In this document: positions 13,945-27,200 of the stretch, piece by piece
Layout: every line of letters begins with the position of its first letter
How positions within the stretch are numbered: position 1 is the first letter of the stretch
NCBI RefSeq assembly: GCF_030028105.1
Contig: NC_092395.1
Span: forward strand, 45,517,346-45,581,345
DNA length: 64,000 nt
Direction: 5' to 3'
Source: Mobula birostris
Taxonomy: Eukaryota
Program-made: the position numbers and the translations under genes
The notes under the pieces: model-generated
The model's input: the letters and a program-made list of their open reading frames with translations, nothing else
Databases searched by the model: none
Told to the model about the DNA's origin: nothing

Positions 13945-15625
13945 CCCAGTGGTAAGCTAGGGAGCAAGATGGTATGTTGCCTCCCAGGTGCCAGGGTCTG
14001 AGTCATCTCATTCTAAATGCAATTCCCATACTGTAAAAGGACTAAATGGGATAGAGTTTGTCAAAAGTGTTCCAGAAAGTTTCCTTAATCAGTACATACA
14101 AGTCACAATGAGATTAAGTGATACTTGATCTGCTATTAGGGAATAGGACATGGCAAGTGACAGAAGTTGGTACAGGGGAACTCTTTGCATCAGGTCATCA
14201 TAATGGCATTAATTTCAGAGTAAATATGGAAAAGGATAGGTCTGGTCCGTGAGTTGAAATTCAAAATTGGAGAAAGGCCAATTTTGATGGTAACAGAAAG
14301 GATCTGGCAGGGATCAGGCTGTTTTCTTTCAAAGGTGTACTTGGTAAGTGGGACGCCTACAAAAGTGAAGTTTTGAGAATACAAAACTTGTATGTGGCTG
14401 TCAGAATAAAAGGCAAAGATACAGGTTTATGGAACCTTGATTTTCAAGAGATATCGAGGCCCTGCTGAAGAAAAACAAAGGAGGTGCATAGCAGGTTAAG
14501 ACAAGGTCCCGTATGGGAGGTTGATCAGGAAGGTTCAGTCGCTTGACATTCAGGATGAGGTAGTAAATTGGATTAGACATTTGCTTTGTGGAAGAAGCCA
14601 GTGAGAGGTAGTAGATTGGTGCCTCTCTGATGAATGGAGTGCCACAGGGATTGATGCTGGGTCCATTGTTGTTTGTCATCTATATCAATGGTCTGGATGA
14701 TAATATAGTTAACTGGATCAGCAAATTTGCAGATGACAACAAAATTGGGGATGTAGTGGCAGTGAAGAAGACCATCAGAGCTTGCAGCAGGATCTGGACC
14801 AGCTGGAAAAATTGGCTGAAAATGACAGATGGAATTTAATGTAGACAAGTGCGAGGTGTTGCACTTCCATAGGACCAACCAGAGTAGGTCTTACATAGTG
14901 AATGGTAGGGCACTGAGGAGTGTGGTGGAACAAAGGAAATGGGAATACAGGTCCATAATTCATTGAAAGTGGCGGCACACGTAGATACAGTCTTAAAGGG
15001 ATCTTTGGAACATTGGCCTTCATAAATCAAAGAATTGAGTACAGGAGATGGGATGTTATGTTGAAGTTGTATAAGGCATTGGTGAGGCCTAATTTGGAGT
15101 ATTGTGTGCAGTTTTGATCATCTACCTAAAGGAAAGATATAAGTAAGGTTAAAAGAGTACAGAGAAAATTTACAAGGATGTCGTCGGGACCTGGAAGACC
15201 TGAGTTATAAGGAGAAATTGAATAAGTTAGGACTTTATTCCTTGGAATGTAGAAAATTGAGGGAAGATTCGATACAGGTATACAAAATTATGAGGGGTAC
15301 AGAGAGGATAAATGCAAGCAGGCTTTTCCCACTGAAGTTGAGTGGGACTACAGCTACAGGACATGTTTTAAGGGTGAAAGGTGAAAAGATTAAGGGGAAC
15401 ATGAGGGGAAACTTCTTCACTCAGAGAGTCATGAGTGTATGGAATGAGCTGCATGCAAGCTGGATTTCAACATGTACAGAAGTTTGGATAGGTACAGGGA
15501 TAGTTGGGGTATGGATGGCTATGATCCGGATACAGATTGATGGGACTAGGCAGTTTCAATGATTTGGTACTCACTAGATGGGCTGAAGGGCCCGTTCCTG
15601 TACTCTACTTTTCAATGACTAAACT
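13945..15625 (+). mobile_element. CR1 LINE (internally deleted) nested in Gypsy gag
   Basis: ORF1 esterase remnant MVCCLPGARV; GVPQGLMLGPLLFVIYIN, KFADD, LGLYSLECRKLR. Confidence 0.88.
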
Positions 15626-15924
15626 CTATGACAAATCGTGCTTTTTGGACAAAAGACACTCCCGTGTCTTCCCATCATGAACTCCAACAATCAGCACTTG
15701 GATAGGCATCACTTCAAATTGGTGCAGAAGAGTATCTTTGTACTTGCATTCCTGAAAGGTTAGGGTCGATCTTGTGATGAAATAATCTACATTCTCATTG
15801 GTGGTCTCTCTCAGCTGAGAGAATCTGAAGCATGCTGTAAAGATATTGACCTGCATCCTTCAAATGTCATCCAAAACCTCAAATTTGTTCTGTGGGAGCA
15901 GAGCATCGAAGTATTTTCATAAAG

Positions 15925-17990
15925 AAATAAAGCGTAACCAGAGCAGCCATTGTTAGCGTGATCGGACTTTGGCTCAAGAGGCTTGAGGAAGAAGGGGCGA
16001 AGGGCAGGGTAAGTTTTTCTCTTTCTTTGACTGTTAGTACATAGCTAGTGCGATGAGAATGGGTTCAGGGTTAGTGACATGTTCTTTGTGTGCGATCTCT
16101 GGGAGGCCTCTAGTCTGTCTGGTAACTATATCTGCACAACGTTCATTGAGCTGCAGCTCCTTAGCGACCATGATAAGGAAATAGAGCTGCAGCACAATGG
16201 GCTTCAGCTCATATGGGAGAATTATCAGGTGATTGATAGGAGCTACAGGGGGAAGTCAAACCTATGTTGCAGGAGGCAAGTACCCGGGTGATTGTCAGGA
16301 GAGGGAAAGGGAATAAGCAAACAATGCAGAGTACCCCTGTGTCCGTTCCCCTCGGTAATAAGTATACCACTTTGAATACTATTGACCTACCAGAGGGAAA
16401 CTGCAGTGACGGGATCTCTGGCTCCATATCTCCAAAAGGAAGGAGAGAGAAGAGGAGTACAGTCATGATAGCAGATCCTATTGATCGAGCAGCAGACAGG
16501 AGGTTCTGCGGATGTGAAAGAAATACCCAATGGTATGTTGCCTCCTAGGTGCTAAGGTCCCGGAGTGTATGGTCATACACTTTAGTAGTAGGGATAAAGG
16601 CATAGACTATTTTCTAAGCCGGAAGAAAATTCAGAAACCGGAGGTGCGAAGGGACTTTGGCATCCTCGTGCAGGATTCCCCACATTAACTTGCAAGTTGA
16701 ATATGTATATCTCAAAGTACATATCTGTCACCATACACAACCTGGGATTCATTTTCTTGCGTGCATACTCAATAAGTCCATAATAGAATAATAACCATAA
16801 TAGAATCAATGAGAGACCACTCATTCTGGGCGTTGAACCAGAGTGCAAAAGACAAACAGAAAGAGAGAATTATAATAAATAAATAAATAAATAAATAAAT
16901 AAGCAATACTGTATATCAAGAACATAAAATGAAGACTCCTTGAAAGTGAGTCCACAGATTGTGGGAACATTTCAGTGATGGGGCAAGTGAACGAGTGAAG
17001 TTATCCTCTTTGGTTCACAGGCCTGATGGTTGAAGGATAATAACCATTTCTGAACCTGGTTGTGTGAGTCCTGAGGCTCGTGTATCTTCTTCCTGATGCT
17101 AGCTGTAACAAGAGAGCATGGCCTGGGTGGTGGGGGTCCCTGATGATAGATGCTGCCCTTTTGCCTCCTTTTTTTAGGCAAAAGGCAATTTATTCTAGCC
17201 GTATAGATGTGTTCACTGGTGGGGAGGGCTTTACCCGTGATGAACTGGGCCGTACCCACTAGTTTTTGTAGGATTTTCTGTTCAAGGGCTTTGGTGTTTC
17301 CAATACAGGTTGCGATGCAGCCAGTCAAGATACTCTCCACCACACATGCATAGAATGTTGTCAAAGTCTTAGATGTCATGTCGAATCTTCTCAAACTCCA
17401 AACTCCTTAGCAAGTAGAGGCACTGACGTGCTTTCTTCGTAATTGCACTTAGCTGCGGGACCCAGGACAGGTTCACCAAAATGATAATACCAAGGAATTT
17501 AAAGTTACTGACCCAGAGGAGATTCATGTGAATGGAAAGAAATGCATGAGGGGTGGTTGGTGGTTCTGGGCCTGTACTGACCGGAGTTTACAAGAATAAG
17601 GGAGATCTCATTGAATCCTATCGGATGTTGAAAAGCTTAGATAGAGCAGATGTGGAAAGGATGTTTCCTATGGTGGGTGAGTCTACAGTGGTGGGCACAG
17701 CCTCAGAATAGAGGGGCATCACTTTAGAACAGAGATGAAGAGTTTCTTGAGCCACAGCGTGGTGAACGGGTGTAATTCATTGCCACAGATGGCTGTAGAG
17801 GCCAAGTCATAGAGTATATTTAAAGCGGAGCTTGATAGGTTCTTGATTAGTCAGGTTGTCAGAGATTACAGGGATAAAGTAGGAGAACAGGGTTGAGAGG
17901 GATAATAAATCAGCCATGATGGAATGGTAGAGCAGACTTGATGGGCTGAAATTCCTAATTCTGCTCCTTTGTCTTATGGTCTTATGTTCT
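15925..17990 (+). mobile_element. CR1 LINE with 5'UTR and ORF1 remnants, large ORF2 deletion, and nested minus-strand Rex1 (16700-17515)
   Basis: ORF1 zinc-finger/esterase remnants (YICTTFIELQLL, VPLGNKYTTL, DRRFCG); tcttatgg tail; nested ORF 16972-17394 with FYACVVESILTGCI and a (taaa)n tract. Confidence 0.82.
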
Positions 17991-19309
17991 TATTTATGCC
18001 CGAGTTCTCCCAAATGCATGCAAAGCATCTTGAGTTTCATTGCTTTCCCCAGCTTTGCTGCTGGTGTTAAAATTGATAGGAGTTCAGTGTAGTTCAGGAA
18101 GGTTTTTGTCCACTACAGCCAGGTTCCAGGGATTGGTTTTGCAATAGCTGTGCCCCAAAATGGATAGTGTCCTTGGAGTAGAGCAGCCATTCTTGTTTTG
18201 ATCTTCTTTCCCAACTGTTATGTATGGAGCAGTAGGATTAAACATTTTTAGTGAGTCATGTTAGCACTGTACACGCTGGGCAACTTATAGTTCAGAAGTG
18301 ACAAACCGGGACCACCAAGACAGAAACGTACACTCGGAAGACTGCTCGAAAAGAGAGCCCCCGTATGCAGGAGGCCCCATCGATTCACCACGCGATCAAT
18401 CGGCCGCGCGCATACAGCCACATTCTCGCAATCGATTTGATACAGTTCACCCTCCATCCTATTAATGGCTACCCTGCTTAAACCTGAACTTTTTTATCAG
18501 CCCTTGCTAAATGCCTAATTGCCCCATGATCTTAGGTGCACGAATGTCCCAACTGGCCCCACTCGCTTTTTCAAATCTCACTCTCACAATGCACAGTCCA
18601 ACGGCTCCTCGCAGTTTCAAGCACAAGTTCATCCTCAGGCCTCAATCTCCTCAAGGTCACCAGCATCAGAAAGGCCTGGCTTCGGTCAATTTGGTTCACT
18701 CCCTGTAAAAGGACCGGCAAACATTCTGACATTGGAAACAAAGACCAGTCGACACTGCGTGTAATATCCCAAAGTAGAGGCCCTTCATAATGAATGCAGA
18801 ACAACTTGTTCCTTGTTTTCTGAGACTGTTCAATTAAGGTTGATGGCTGCACCCAAAAGCTGCAATTTATGTTCAAATAATGGAATTGTGTGACATCGTT
18901 AAGTATTCAAGTGATGCTGAATTCAACAAAAAAGCAGTCGGATGAATTGTGCACACAAGTGCCTGTACCCACAGCGGTATGAGGCAATGCCTCTCAGCAC
19001 CAGAGACCTGGGTTCAACCCTGACCTTGGGTACCATCTGTGCGAAGCTTACACATCCTTCCTGTGACAACCAGGAGATTTTCCCCAAGTGTAATGAGTTC
19101 CTTTAACACTGATGCCACACTCTTATCTGGCAACACACCCTGAGAGGTCGATTCAGTCTTTAGGTAATGGAGTTCACTGATAGTTGCCGTGGTGGGGAAG
19201 GTTGCGTGAGACCACTGGCCAACTTGATCACCATGATAAGATTCCTGTGAAAGAGGTGATAGTCATTACCAGTGGACACATCATTTTTGCCCTTTGGCCA
19301 AGTTCTGGC

Positions 19310-21000
19310 TAAATCAAAGTTCAAAGTAAATTTATTATCAAAGTATATATATGTTACTATATAGTGCCTTGGGCTTAACTTTCTTGCAAGCATTCACAGT
19401 AGAGTAGAAAAACACAATGAAAAACTACACACAAAGACTGACAAAGAACCAGGGTGCAAAAGAAGACAAATTGTGCAAATTTAAAACATAAATAAATAAA
19501 TAATACTGAGAACATGGGTTATAGAGTCCTTGAAATGAATCCATAGGTTGTGGAATTGGTTCGGAGTTCAGTTGAGTGAAGTTATACACACTGGTTCAGG
19601 AACCTGGTGTTTGAAGGGTAATAACTGTTCCTGAACCTGGTGGTGTGGAGCCTATAACCCCTGTATCTCCTTCCCAATGGCAGCAGTGAGAAGAGAGCAT
19701 ATACCGGATAGTGCTGATCTTTGATGACGGATGCTGCTTTCTTGTGCCAGCGCTCCTTATAGATGTGCTCAATGGTGGGGAGGGCTTTGCCTTTGATGGA
19801 CTAAGCTGTGATTGGCATACATTGGTGAAGGAGTTTGCTGTGTCCATTCTGGGGCAACTCACTCACTTCAATGGTTGAAAGGTTCATTTTATTATCAAAG
19901 TATGTATGCAGAGTACAACTCTGAGATTCATCTTCTCCAGAAAGCCATAAAATACAGAAAAGCCATGGCCCCCCGACACGAAAAATAAAAGAAACAAAAT
20001 TTGCAAACCCCACACCCCCCAAACTCTCCCTCACACTAAAACCAACAGATTGCTCACATGTACACGGCAGCTAAAACATCGAACTCCAAACCCCCTCGCA
20101 TCCTCTCCCTCACACAAAAACTAACAGATTGCCCACCTGGACTTGGGAGCTAAAACATCAAACCCCAAACCTCCCCCACACAAAAAAAACAGCAACAATA
20201 ACATTAAACTCCCAACCCCTCCCAAAGTAACATCGCCCATTCGCCAATCGGCAACAAGAAAGAAAACACAAAGAACTGAAGGAGACCAATATAAACTACA
20301 GAGCACAGTGATAATCACGTGTATCTCGGAATTTCAAAGACACTTTGTCAACATGGAGGAGAGCAACAGCTCGAACTTAGTCCTTCCATGGGGCAGATTC
20401 CTGACCTCCGGCCTGATGCAGCCTCCAGTGGAGAGCAGCCTCTCAGCCCCCAGCCTGACATGTTAAGAGTGACCACCAACCCCGCTTCCTCCCATTCGCC
20501 TTGATGTTTCAATCTTGCTCAACGCTCCAATCGGCTTTGGGCCCCACCGGACACTCAGCTCTCACCTGTGGCCCCAAGTAGCTGTTTGCCTGTGACAGCA
20601 GCCACACCCTGGTACACCACTTTGACAGGCAGGCTAATCCAGATGAGGGTAGTGGAGGGCCTCATACCCTGGTGAGATAGAAATATGCCTACCCTAGCAT
20701 GAGAAGGCAGCTCCAGTGGACCGGGCAGATGAGATCCAAAGGCCAGGAAGGCAGTTCTGCTATGCTTTGTGGAGAGCAAAAGGCAAGACAAGGTACAGAA
20801 GAAGTCAGAATTAGAATTAGAATCAGGTTTATTATGACCAGCACGTGACGTGAAATTTATTAACCTAGCAGCAGCAGTTCGATGCAATGCATAATCTAGC
20901 AGAGAAAAAAGATAATAAATAAAATAATAATAATAATAAATAAACAAGTAAATCAATTACATTGATATTGAATAGACTTCTTCAAAACATGCAAAAAACA
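19310..21000 (-). mobile_element. Stack of Rex1/Babar-type 3' ends and other LINE fragments
   Basis: Repeated tail motif (tcaaagt/tcagg)tttattatca at ~19320, ~19885 and ~20825, with Rex1 3' coding sequence at 19596-19860. Confidence 0.65.
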
Positions 21001-21004
21001 GTAA

Positions 21005-21462
21005 TAGTCATAGTCATAGTCATAGTCATACTTTATTGATCCGGGGGGAATTGGTTTTCGTTACAGTTGAACCATAAATAATTAAATAGTAATATGTAAA
21101 TTATGCCAGGAAATAAGTCCAGGACCAGCCTATTGGCTCAGGGTGTCTGACCCTCCAAGGAAGGAGTTGTAAAGTTTGATGGCCACAGGCAGGAATGACT
21201 TCCTATGACGTTCTGTGTTGCATCTCGGTGGATTATGTAGTACCAGTACATTATGTAGTGGATTATGTAGTGGATGGGAGACATTGTCTAAGATGGCATG
21301 CAACTTGGACAGCGTCCTCTTTTCAGACACCACCGTCAGAGAGTCCAGTTCCATCCCCACAACATCACTGGCCTTACGAATGAGTTTGTTGATTCTGTTG
21401 GTGTCTGCTACCCTCAGCCTGCTGCCCCAGCACACAACAGCAAACAGGATTGCACTGGCCAC
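21005..21462 (-). mobile_element. Young Rex1/Babar-type LINE 3' fragment with (GTCATA)n tail
   Basis: VVASAILFAVVCWGSRLRVADTNRINKLIRKAS; near-identical to 45020-45525. Confidence 0.9.
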
Positions 21463-22289
21463 CACAGCAGTCTCAGGCAGAGCAGTTGCCATGCCAAGCC
21501 CAGCTGTCTTTGGACTGGATGCTTTCTCTGGTGCACTGATAAAAATTGGTGAGGGTCAAAGGGGACATGCCAAGATTCTTTAGCTTCCTGAGGAAGTAGC
21601 AGTCTTGGTCATTGTGTCTACATGGTTGGACCATGACAGGCTATGGGTGATGCTCTCTCCTAAAAACCTAATGGCCTCAACCATCTCAATTCAACCTCAG
21701 CACTGTTGATGTAAACAAAAGTGAGTGCACTACCCCCTTCCTGAAGTCAATGATCAGCTCTTTAGTTTTGCTGAGATTGACGAAAAGGTTGATGTCATGA
21801 CACCATGTCGCTAGACTATCTGTACTTATCTTTACTACAAATACCAGCGTACTACAGTGGTGGCATCCGAAAGCTTAGGATGGAATGAGAGTAGGGTCAG
21901 TTCACACAGTCATGAGTTTGCAGGGAGTGAAGTTACATCCAATTTTGTACAACCTTTTATCCCATGTACCCGGGAAAGGTGAAATTATGAATGTGCAGTT
22001 TGTAATGGAGATGTGAGGTCAGAAGTTCTCCTCAAGATCAAATAGAATTCCACTGTGTCAAAGACCTAGTTTGACTTGAGATAATGTCCCATGAACTGAA
22101 TAAAATTGATGGCAGGGGACAGAGGTAAAGGCAGATTGGGCTAAAGGTAACCATCTTGTCTATATTTAGATGTGAATTATTAAAAAACAAATATTGGTTG
22201 ATCACTGAGACATCAGAAGTTGAGAGGGATTTCTGCTGAAACGGAGCTGGATAACATCAATGTGCACCTGAACACTAAATTTGGATAAG

Positions 22290-22630
22290 CAGATAGAATC
22301 ACACAGCACAGAATAGGTTCTTCGACACATTGAGTTAGCATCAACCAACATATCGTCATTTTTTATCAATCCTGCACTAATTCCATTTTACTGTCCCTGA
22401 TTCCCATCAGTTTCCACCACCCCAGGATCAACCACTCACCTACACACAAGGGCCAATTTACAGTGGCCAGTTAACCTTCCAACCTACATGCATTTGGGAT
22501 GTGGGAGAAAGTGGAGGACCAACCTGGTCACAGGAAGAACATGCAAACTCCACACGGACAGCACCCGAAGTGGGAATCAAATCTGAGTAGCTGGAGCTGT
22601 GAGAAACAGGCTCTGCCAGTTGTGCCTCTG
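22290..22630 (-). mobile_element. tRNA-derived SINE-like repeat
   Basis: Minus-strand ccgtgtggagtttgcatgttcttcctgtgacc core shared with copies at ~18990, 25330, 31150, 45900, 60450 and 63750. Confidence 0.7.
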
Positions 22631-22789
22631 TATAGACAGATGAGAATAGGTCTTTGGGGTCTTCATGCAATGCTGAGCAGGCAAGAACAGGGTGTGTCAT
22701 GGCTGATTCCATGTTATGAATGATCAAGCAGGGGCAAACTGAGACCAGAGAAAAGGCACAACAACTAAACACTGACAAATTTTATTACA

Positions 22790-23830
22790 TAGTTCTGTAC
22801 TGAAGAAATAAACAGACCACAGGCTGGGTAGTTCTCTGTCTGAGGTGGTGGTGAGAGGCACTGGAGCACCACAAGGGACTGTTATGCTCCTGTTCACACA
22901 GTACACCTCAGACTTTCAGTACAACTCTGAGTCATAGCGCTTGCAGAAGTTCTCAGACAACTCTGCGGTGGTTGGGTGTATCAGAGATGGGCAGGAGTTA
23001 GAGTACAGAGCACTGGTGGACAAGTTTGTGGAGTGGTGTGGGAGGAATCACCTGGTGCAGCCAAAACCAGGGAGATTGATGTTAGGAGGAAGAGGACTGT
23101 GATGGGTCCTGTAGACATTCTGGAAGAAGGAGTTGCGGTGATGGAGGAGTACAAGTAATTGGGTGTTCGTCTAAACAACAGACTTGACTGGAAAACTAAC
23201 ACCAAGGCTGTTTGCAAGAAGGGGATGAGCAGACTCCATTTTCTGAGGAAGCTGAGATCCTTCAATGTGTGCAGCAGGATGTTGGAGATCTTTTACCAGT
23301 CTGTTGTAGAAAGTGCTGCTTTATGTTGGGGGAGCAGCATCAGTGCAGATGATGCAAAAAGACTAAATAAACTCATCAGAAATGCTGGATCCTTCCTTGG
23401 TTACAACCCAGACTCTTTTGAGTTAGTAGTGGAGAGGAGATCACTAAACAAACTGTTATCTATTATGGACAATCTGGCACATCCTCTCCATACCTACTGA
23501 ATAAGCAGTGGGACACCTTTTCAAACAGACTAATTCAGCTGCGCTATTACAAGGATCATTACTGAAAACCTTTCCTATCAAATGCAATAAGCATATTCAA
23601 CAATTCATATCTGTGCAACAGGACAACACACATCATAGTACAGTAGTCTGTCCTTTATTATTTCATACATTATTATTGCACATTGGTACATTATTATTGT
23701 GTACATTATTATTCTGTACTTTACTATTAGTTAAGTCTTCAGACTACTGAGTGTGTTTTTAAATGTTGTTGCTGTAACAAAAGAATTTCCTACTCAGGAT
23801 CAATCAAATATTCATTATTATTATTACTAT
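22790..23830 (+). mobile_element. Rex1/Babar-type LINE 3' portion
   Basis: TGAPQGTV, LQKFSDNSAVVG, LDWKTNTKAVCKKGMSRLHFLRKLRSF, FYQSVVES; (att)n tail. Confidence 0.88.
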
Positions 23831-24101
23831 TATACTATGGACATTGTCATCATTCAACATATCAATGCAGAATCAACTGTGCTTAGCAAATTTCTTAATG
23901 TTTTATGTTAATGTTTCAACATGTATGATAGATTTCAGCCCTCCTAATGATAGTAATTTTGTTTTTGTTTAAAATTTTGTATCCATAACAGGCTGTGACA
24001 ATGTTAAATGAAAATATGCAGCAGTAATGATGGTGGAAAGCAGAAGCTCCAGGCTGACAAAAGTGGCCCCTTTATCTGTTCCATGCGATATGCTTGAACA
24101 C

Positions 24102-24201
24102 TCACACTTCAGGATAAACTGCATTTGAAGCAATCCCACAGTTGTTATCCATGTCCTTCGCCATGTGGACATATCCTTTATTGCCCCAATTTGATCCCCA
24201 G
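24102..24201 (-). CDS. Cathepsin terminal coding exon G
   Basis: ttatttcag|(S)[32 protein letters not shown]; 100 nt. Confidence 0.96.
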
Positions 24202-27200
24202 CTGAAATAATAAAGAACACAGAAGACAGAATAGTACAGGCACCCACAATGTTGTGCTGAACTAATTAAGCTAATGACACTTTATTAAACTAGTCCATTC
24301 TACCGCAGTATGAACCATATCTCTCAATTCTCTGCATCCTCACACACCTACCTAAGTGCCACTATCTTATCTGCCTCTACTATCACCCAGCAGTGCATTC
24401 CAGGCACCCACCCTGTATAACAAATAAACAGCTTTGTATTAACTTTCTGATGAATCATTTATTCGAAAATCTCATGTAATCAAGATTGACAGTAAAGGTA
24501 GGTGGCAGGATGGCAGTTACTGGGATAGAACCATTGTAAAGAGGCCATTCGGCCCAGGATCCTTTAACAGGATCATTGCTGATCTCTACCTCATCATTTA
24601 TCGCCTCCATGTCTTTGGAGAGAGTACCCAACAAAAATCTGCCAGGGATCAAAACCTCGTCATCCACAGACTTCTGTATTTTCCACCATGTTTGGTATCA
24701 AAATCAGCATCAACTGACATACATCATAAAATTTGTTTGTGGCAGCAGTACAGTGCAAGACATAAAAATGACCATCAGTTATAAGTAGATAGATAGTACA
24801 ACAGAGGAATAGTGAGCATATGGACCATCCAGAAATCTGATGGTGGAGAGGAAGAAGCCATTTGTAAAATGTTGAGTGTGTGTTTTCAGGCTCCTGTACC
24901 TCCTCCGTGATGGTAGGAATGAGAAGACGGCATGTCCAGGATAGTGAGGGTCCCTATTGATGGATTCCTCAAGTATGGAGACCAGAACTGCATGCAGTAC
25001 TGCAGGTACGGCCTCAACAGTACCTTGTATAGTTGCAGCATTATCTCCCTGCTCTTAAGTTCAATCCCTCTAGCAATGAAGGCCAACATTTCATTTGCCT
25101 TCTTTATAGCCTGCAGACCAACCTTCTGTGATTCATGTACAAGCACTCCCAGGTCCCTCAGCACAGCATCATGTTGTAATTTTTTTACCATTTAAATCAT
25201 AATCTGCTCTTACATTTTCCTTCCAAAGTGGATGACCTCACATTTACAAACATTGTACTCCATCTAGCAGACCTTGCCCACTCACTTAACCTATCTACAT
25301 CTCTCTGCAGACTCTATGGTTTTTACTTAGAGATATAGCGTGAATTTGGCACTTCGAGCTGTGCTGCCAGCAACCAACTAATTTAACCCTAATCTAATCA
25401 CGGGGCAACTTACAATGACCAATTAACCTACTAACTGGTATGTCTTTATGCTGTAGGAGGAAACTGGAGCACCCAGAGGAAACCTACACGTTCACGGGGA
25501 GGACGTACAGATGACGTGAGAATTGAACTCTGAACTTTGACACCCCAAGCACCGTACAGGCTCTTTGGCCCACGATGTTGTGCTAACCCTTTAACCTACT
25601 CTAAGCTCAATCTAAATCTTCCCTCCCACATAGCACTTAATTTTTCTTTCATTCACGGGCTTATCTAAGAGTCTTTTAAATGTCCCTAATGCATCTTCTG
25701 TGAAATCTAATTATGTTGGTATAAATCCTAGCCAGAGGGAATTGAAAAATATATTTTTTTAATTGTCAGTGCACAAAAAGTTGCAGACCTGGAACATTGA
25801 CTGTTCTTCTTTGCACAGATGCCACCTGACTTGCTGATATCTCACAGCATTTTCATTTTTTTGCTACCAAGTGACATCATATTTTCATTACTTCATTATA
25901 AATAAAAACAAACTTTGAGTTTAGATCAACTTATGCTAGATGCGGTCTCCAATCCCCATTTGGCACCATACCTGTTCTTTACTATCCAGTATGACTTCTG
26001 ATTTTCCATTCCATATCCGACCACCACAATTCCATGATCAAGGTCCACAGTACTGCAGTGAGGCTCAAAAAATATTCCTGCAGAAAATTTTAAAAATTGC
26101 ATGTTATCATGGAATTACACATCAATGTGACAAATCCCACAATATTGGAAATCTATGTTGGAATTATGAAATCCCACAAGGTAGCCAAAGGCAAAACCAA
26201 TGAAGTGCAGAGTTGGGTTGTGGAGAGATCAGAAATGAGTGAAAGTTTGATGTGAATTCATGACACCTCTGCTTCCTGGGCTCACTCACATTTTATTCTA
26301 TCGTAGCAAGGAAAGGTCTTTCCTCTGACATGGTAAAATCTGGTTTAATAGGTAGATATGTCTATTCAGAACCTCAACTGAAAACCACTGGAGGAGGAAG
26401 AAGGGACTTTTCTCTCACTCACTGACCTCTTTTTGTCACTGCTGGCCATGTTGATCATCCAATTTCTTTCCAGTCTTAACAAAGCTGCTGGCATAGATGG
26501 GATTCTTAATGAATTCCCTAAACATCTTGGACCTAAAGCACTCCACTGGCTTCTGTCCCTTTTCAACTGTTGCCTAAGATCATTAAAGATACCTAAAAAG
26601 TGGAGAAGAGCCAAAGTTGTTGCTCTCCTAAAACCCAATAAAGACCCCACCATTCCTAAAAACTACAGACTGATTTCCTTGCTCTGCACCCCCTATAAAC
26701 TCTACGAGAGATTCATACTGAAAAGAATATCCCCCTTAGTCAAAGATCTTCTAACACCAGACCAAGCCAGGTTCAGGTCAGGCCGCTCTTGCTGCGGTCA
26801 AGTCCTGAACTAAACCCAGTATATTGAGGATGGCTTTGAAATGCGACAAATTATAGGGGCAGTATTTGTTGACTTAACAGCAGCATACGATACTGTGAAT
26901 CACAGAGGCCTTCTGCTGAAATTATCTAAAATGTTAAAAAACGAAACCACAGTCAAGGTAATACGAAGCCTCCTAGAAAATCGTAGATTTTATGTAGAAA
27001 TGAATGGAGTTAAGAGTAGGTGGCGTCCACAAAAGAACAGACTACCACAGGGATCAGCCCTGGCACCTCTGCTATTTAATGTCTACACAAACAACCAACC
27101 AACCTTTCCTAACACACACGGGTTTATCTACGCAGACGACCTATGCATAACACAAGCTAACTCCTTCCAAGAAGTTGAAGTACGACTTACAGCAGTCCTC

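Larger units (their letters stand above)
13150..18330 (-). mobile_element. Gypsy/Ty3 LTR retrotransposon relic split by two CR1 insertions and lacking the RT-RNaseH-integrase core
   Basis: Gag N-terminus ~18190-17990 (W.WTKTFLNY...KLKMLCMHLGELG); gag ~15920-15626 (NIFTACFRF...ECKY...LIVGVHD..TRECLL); degenerate zinc knuckle ~13700; protease PYLVALTVDNQAMKIELDTGSSITSVS (DTG 13488-13480) fused directly to an integrase C-terminus (LDLLQP.VQEQI..KQ). Probable LTR end at 18217 (ACA on the minus strand). Confidence 0.75.

Noticed and set aside
23655-23660. AATAAA (minus strand) as the poly(A) signal of the complete cathepsin gene
   Set aside because: It lies in the AT-rich 3' tail of a Rex1 element; no canonical signal could be fixed in the unique 3'UTR.
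1-24000. A third cathepsin paralog downstream
   Set aside because: I found no CGSCW, HG/KNS or propeptide exon motifs by eye; the region is almost all TE-derived.
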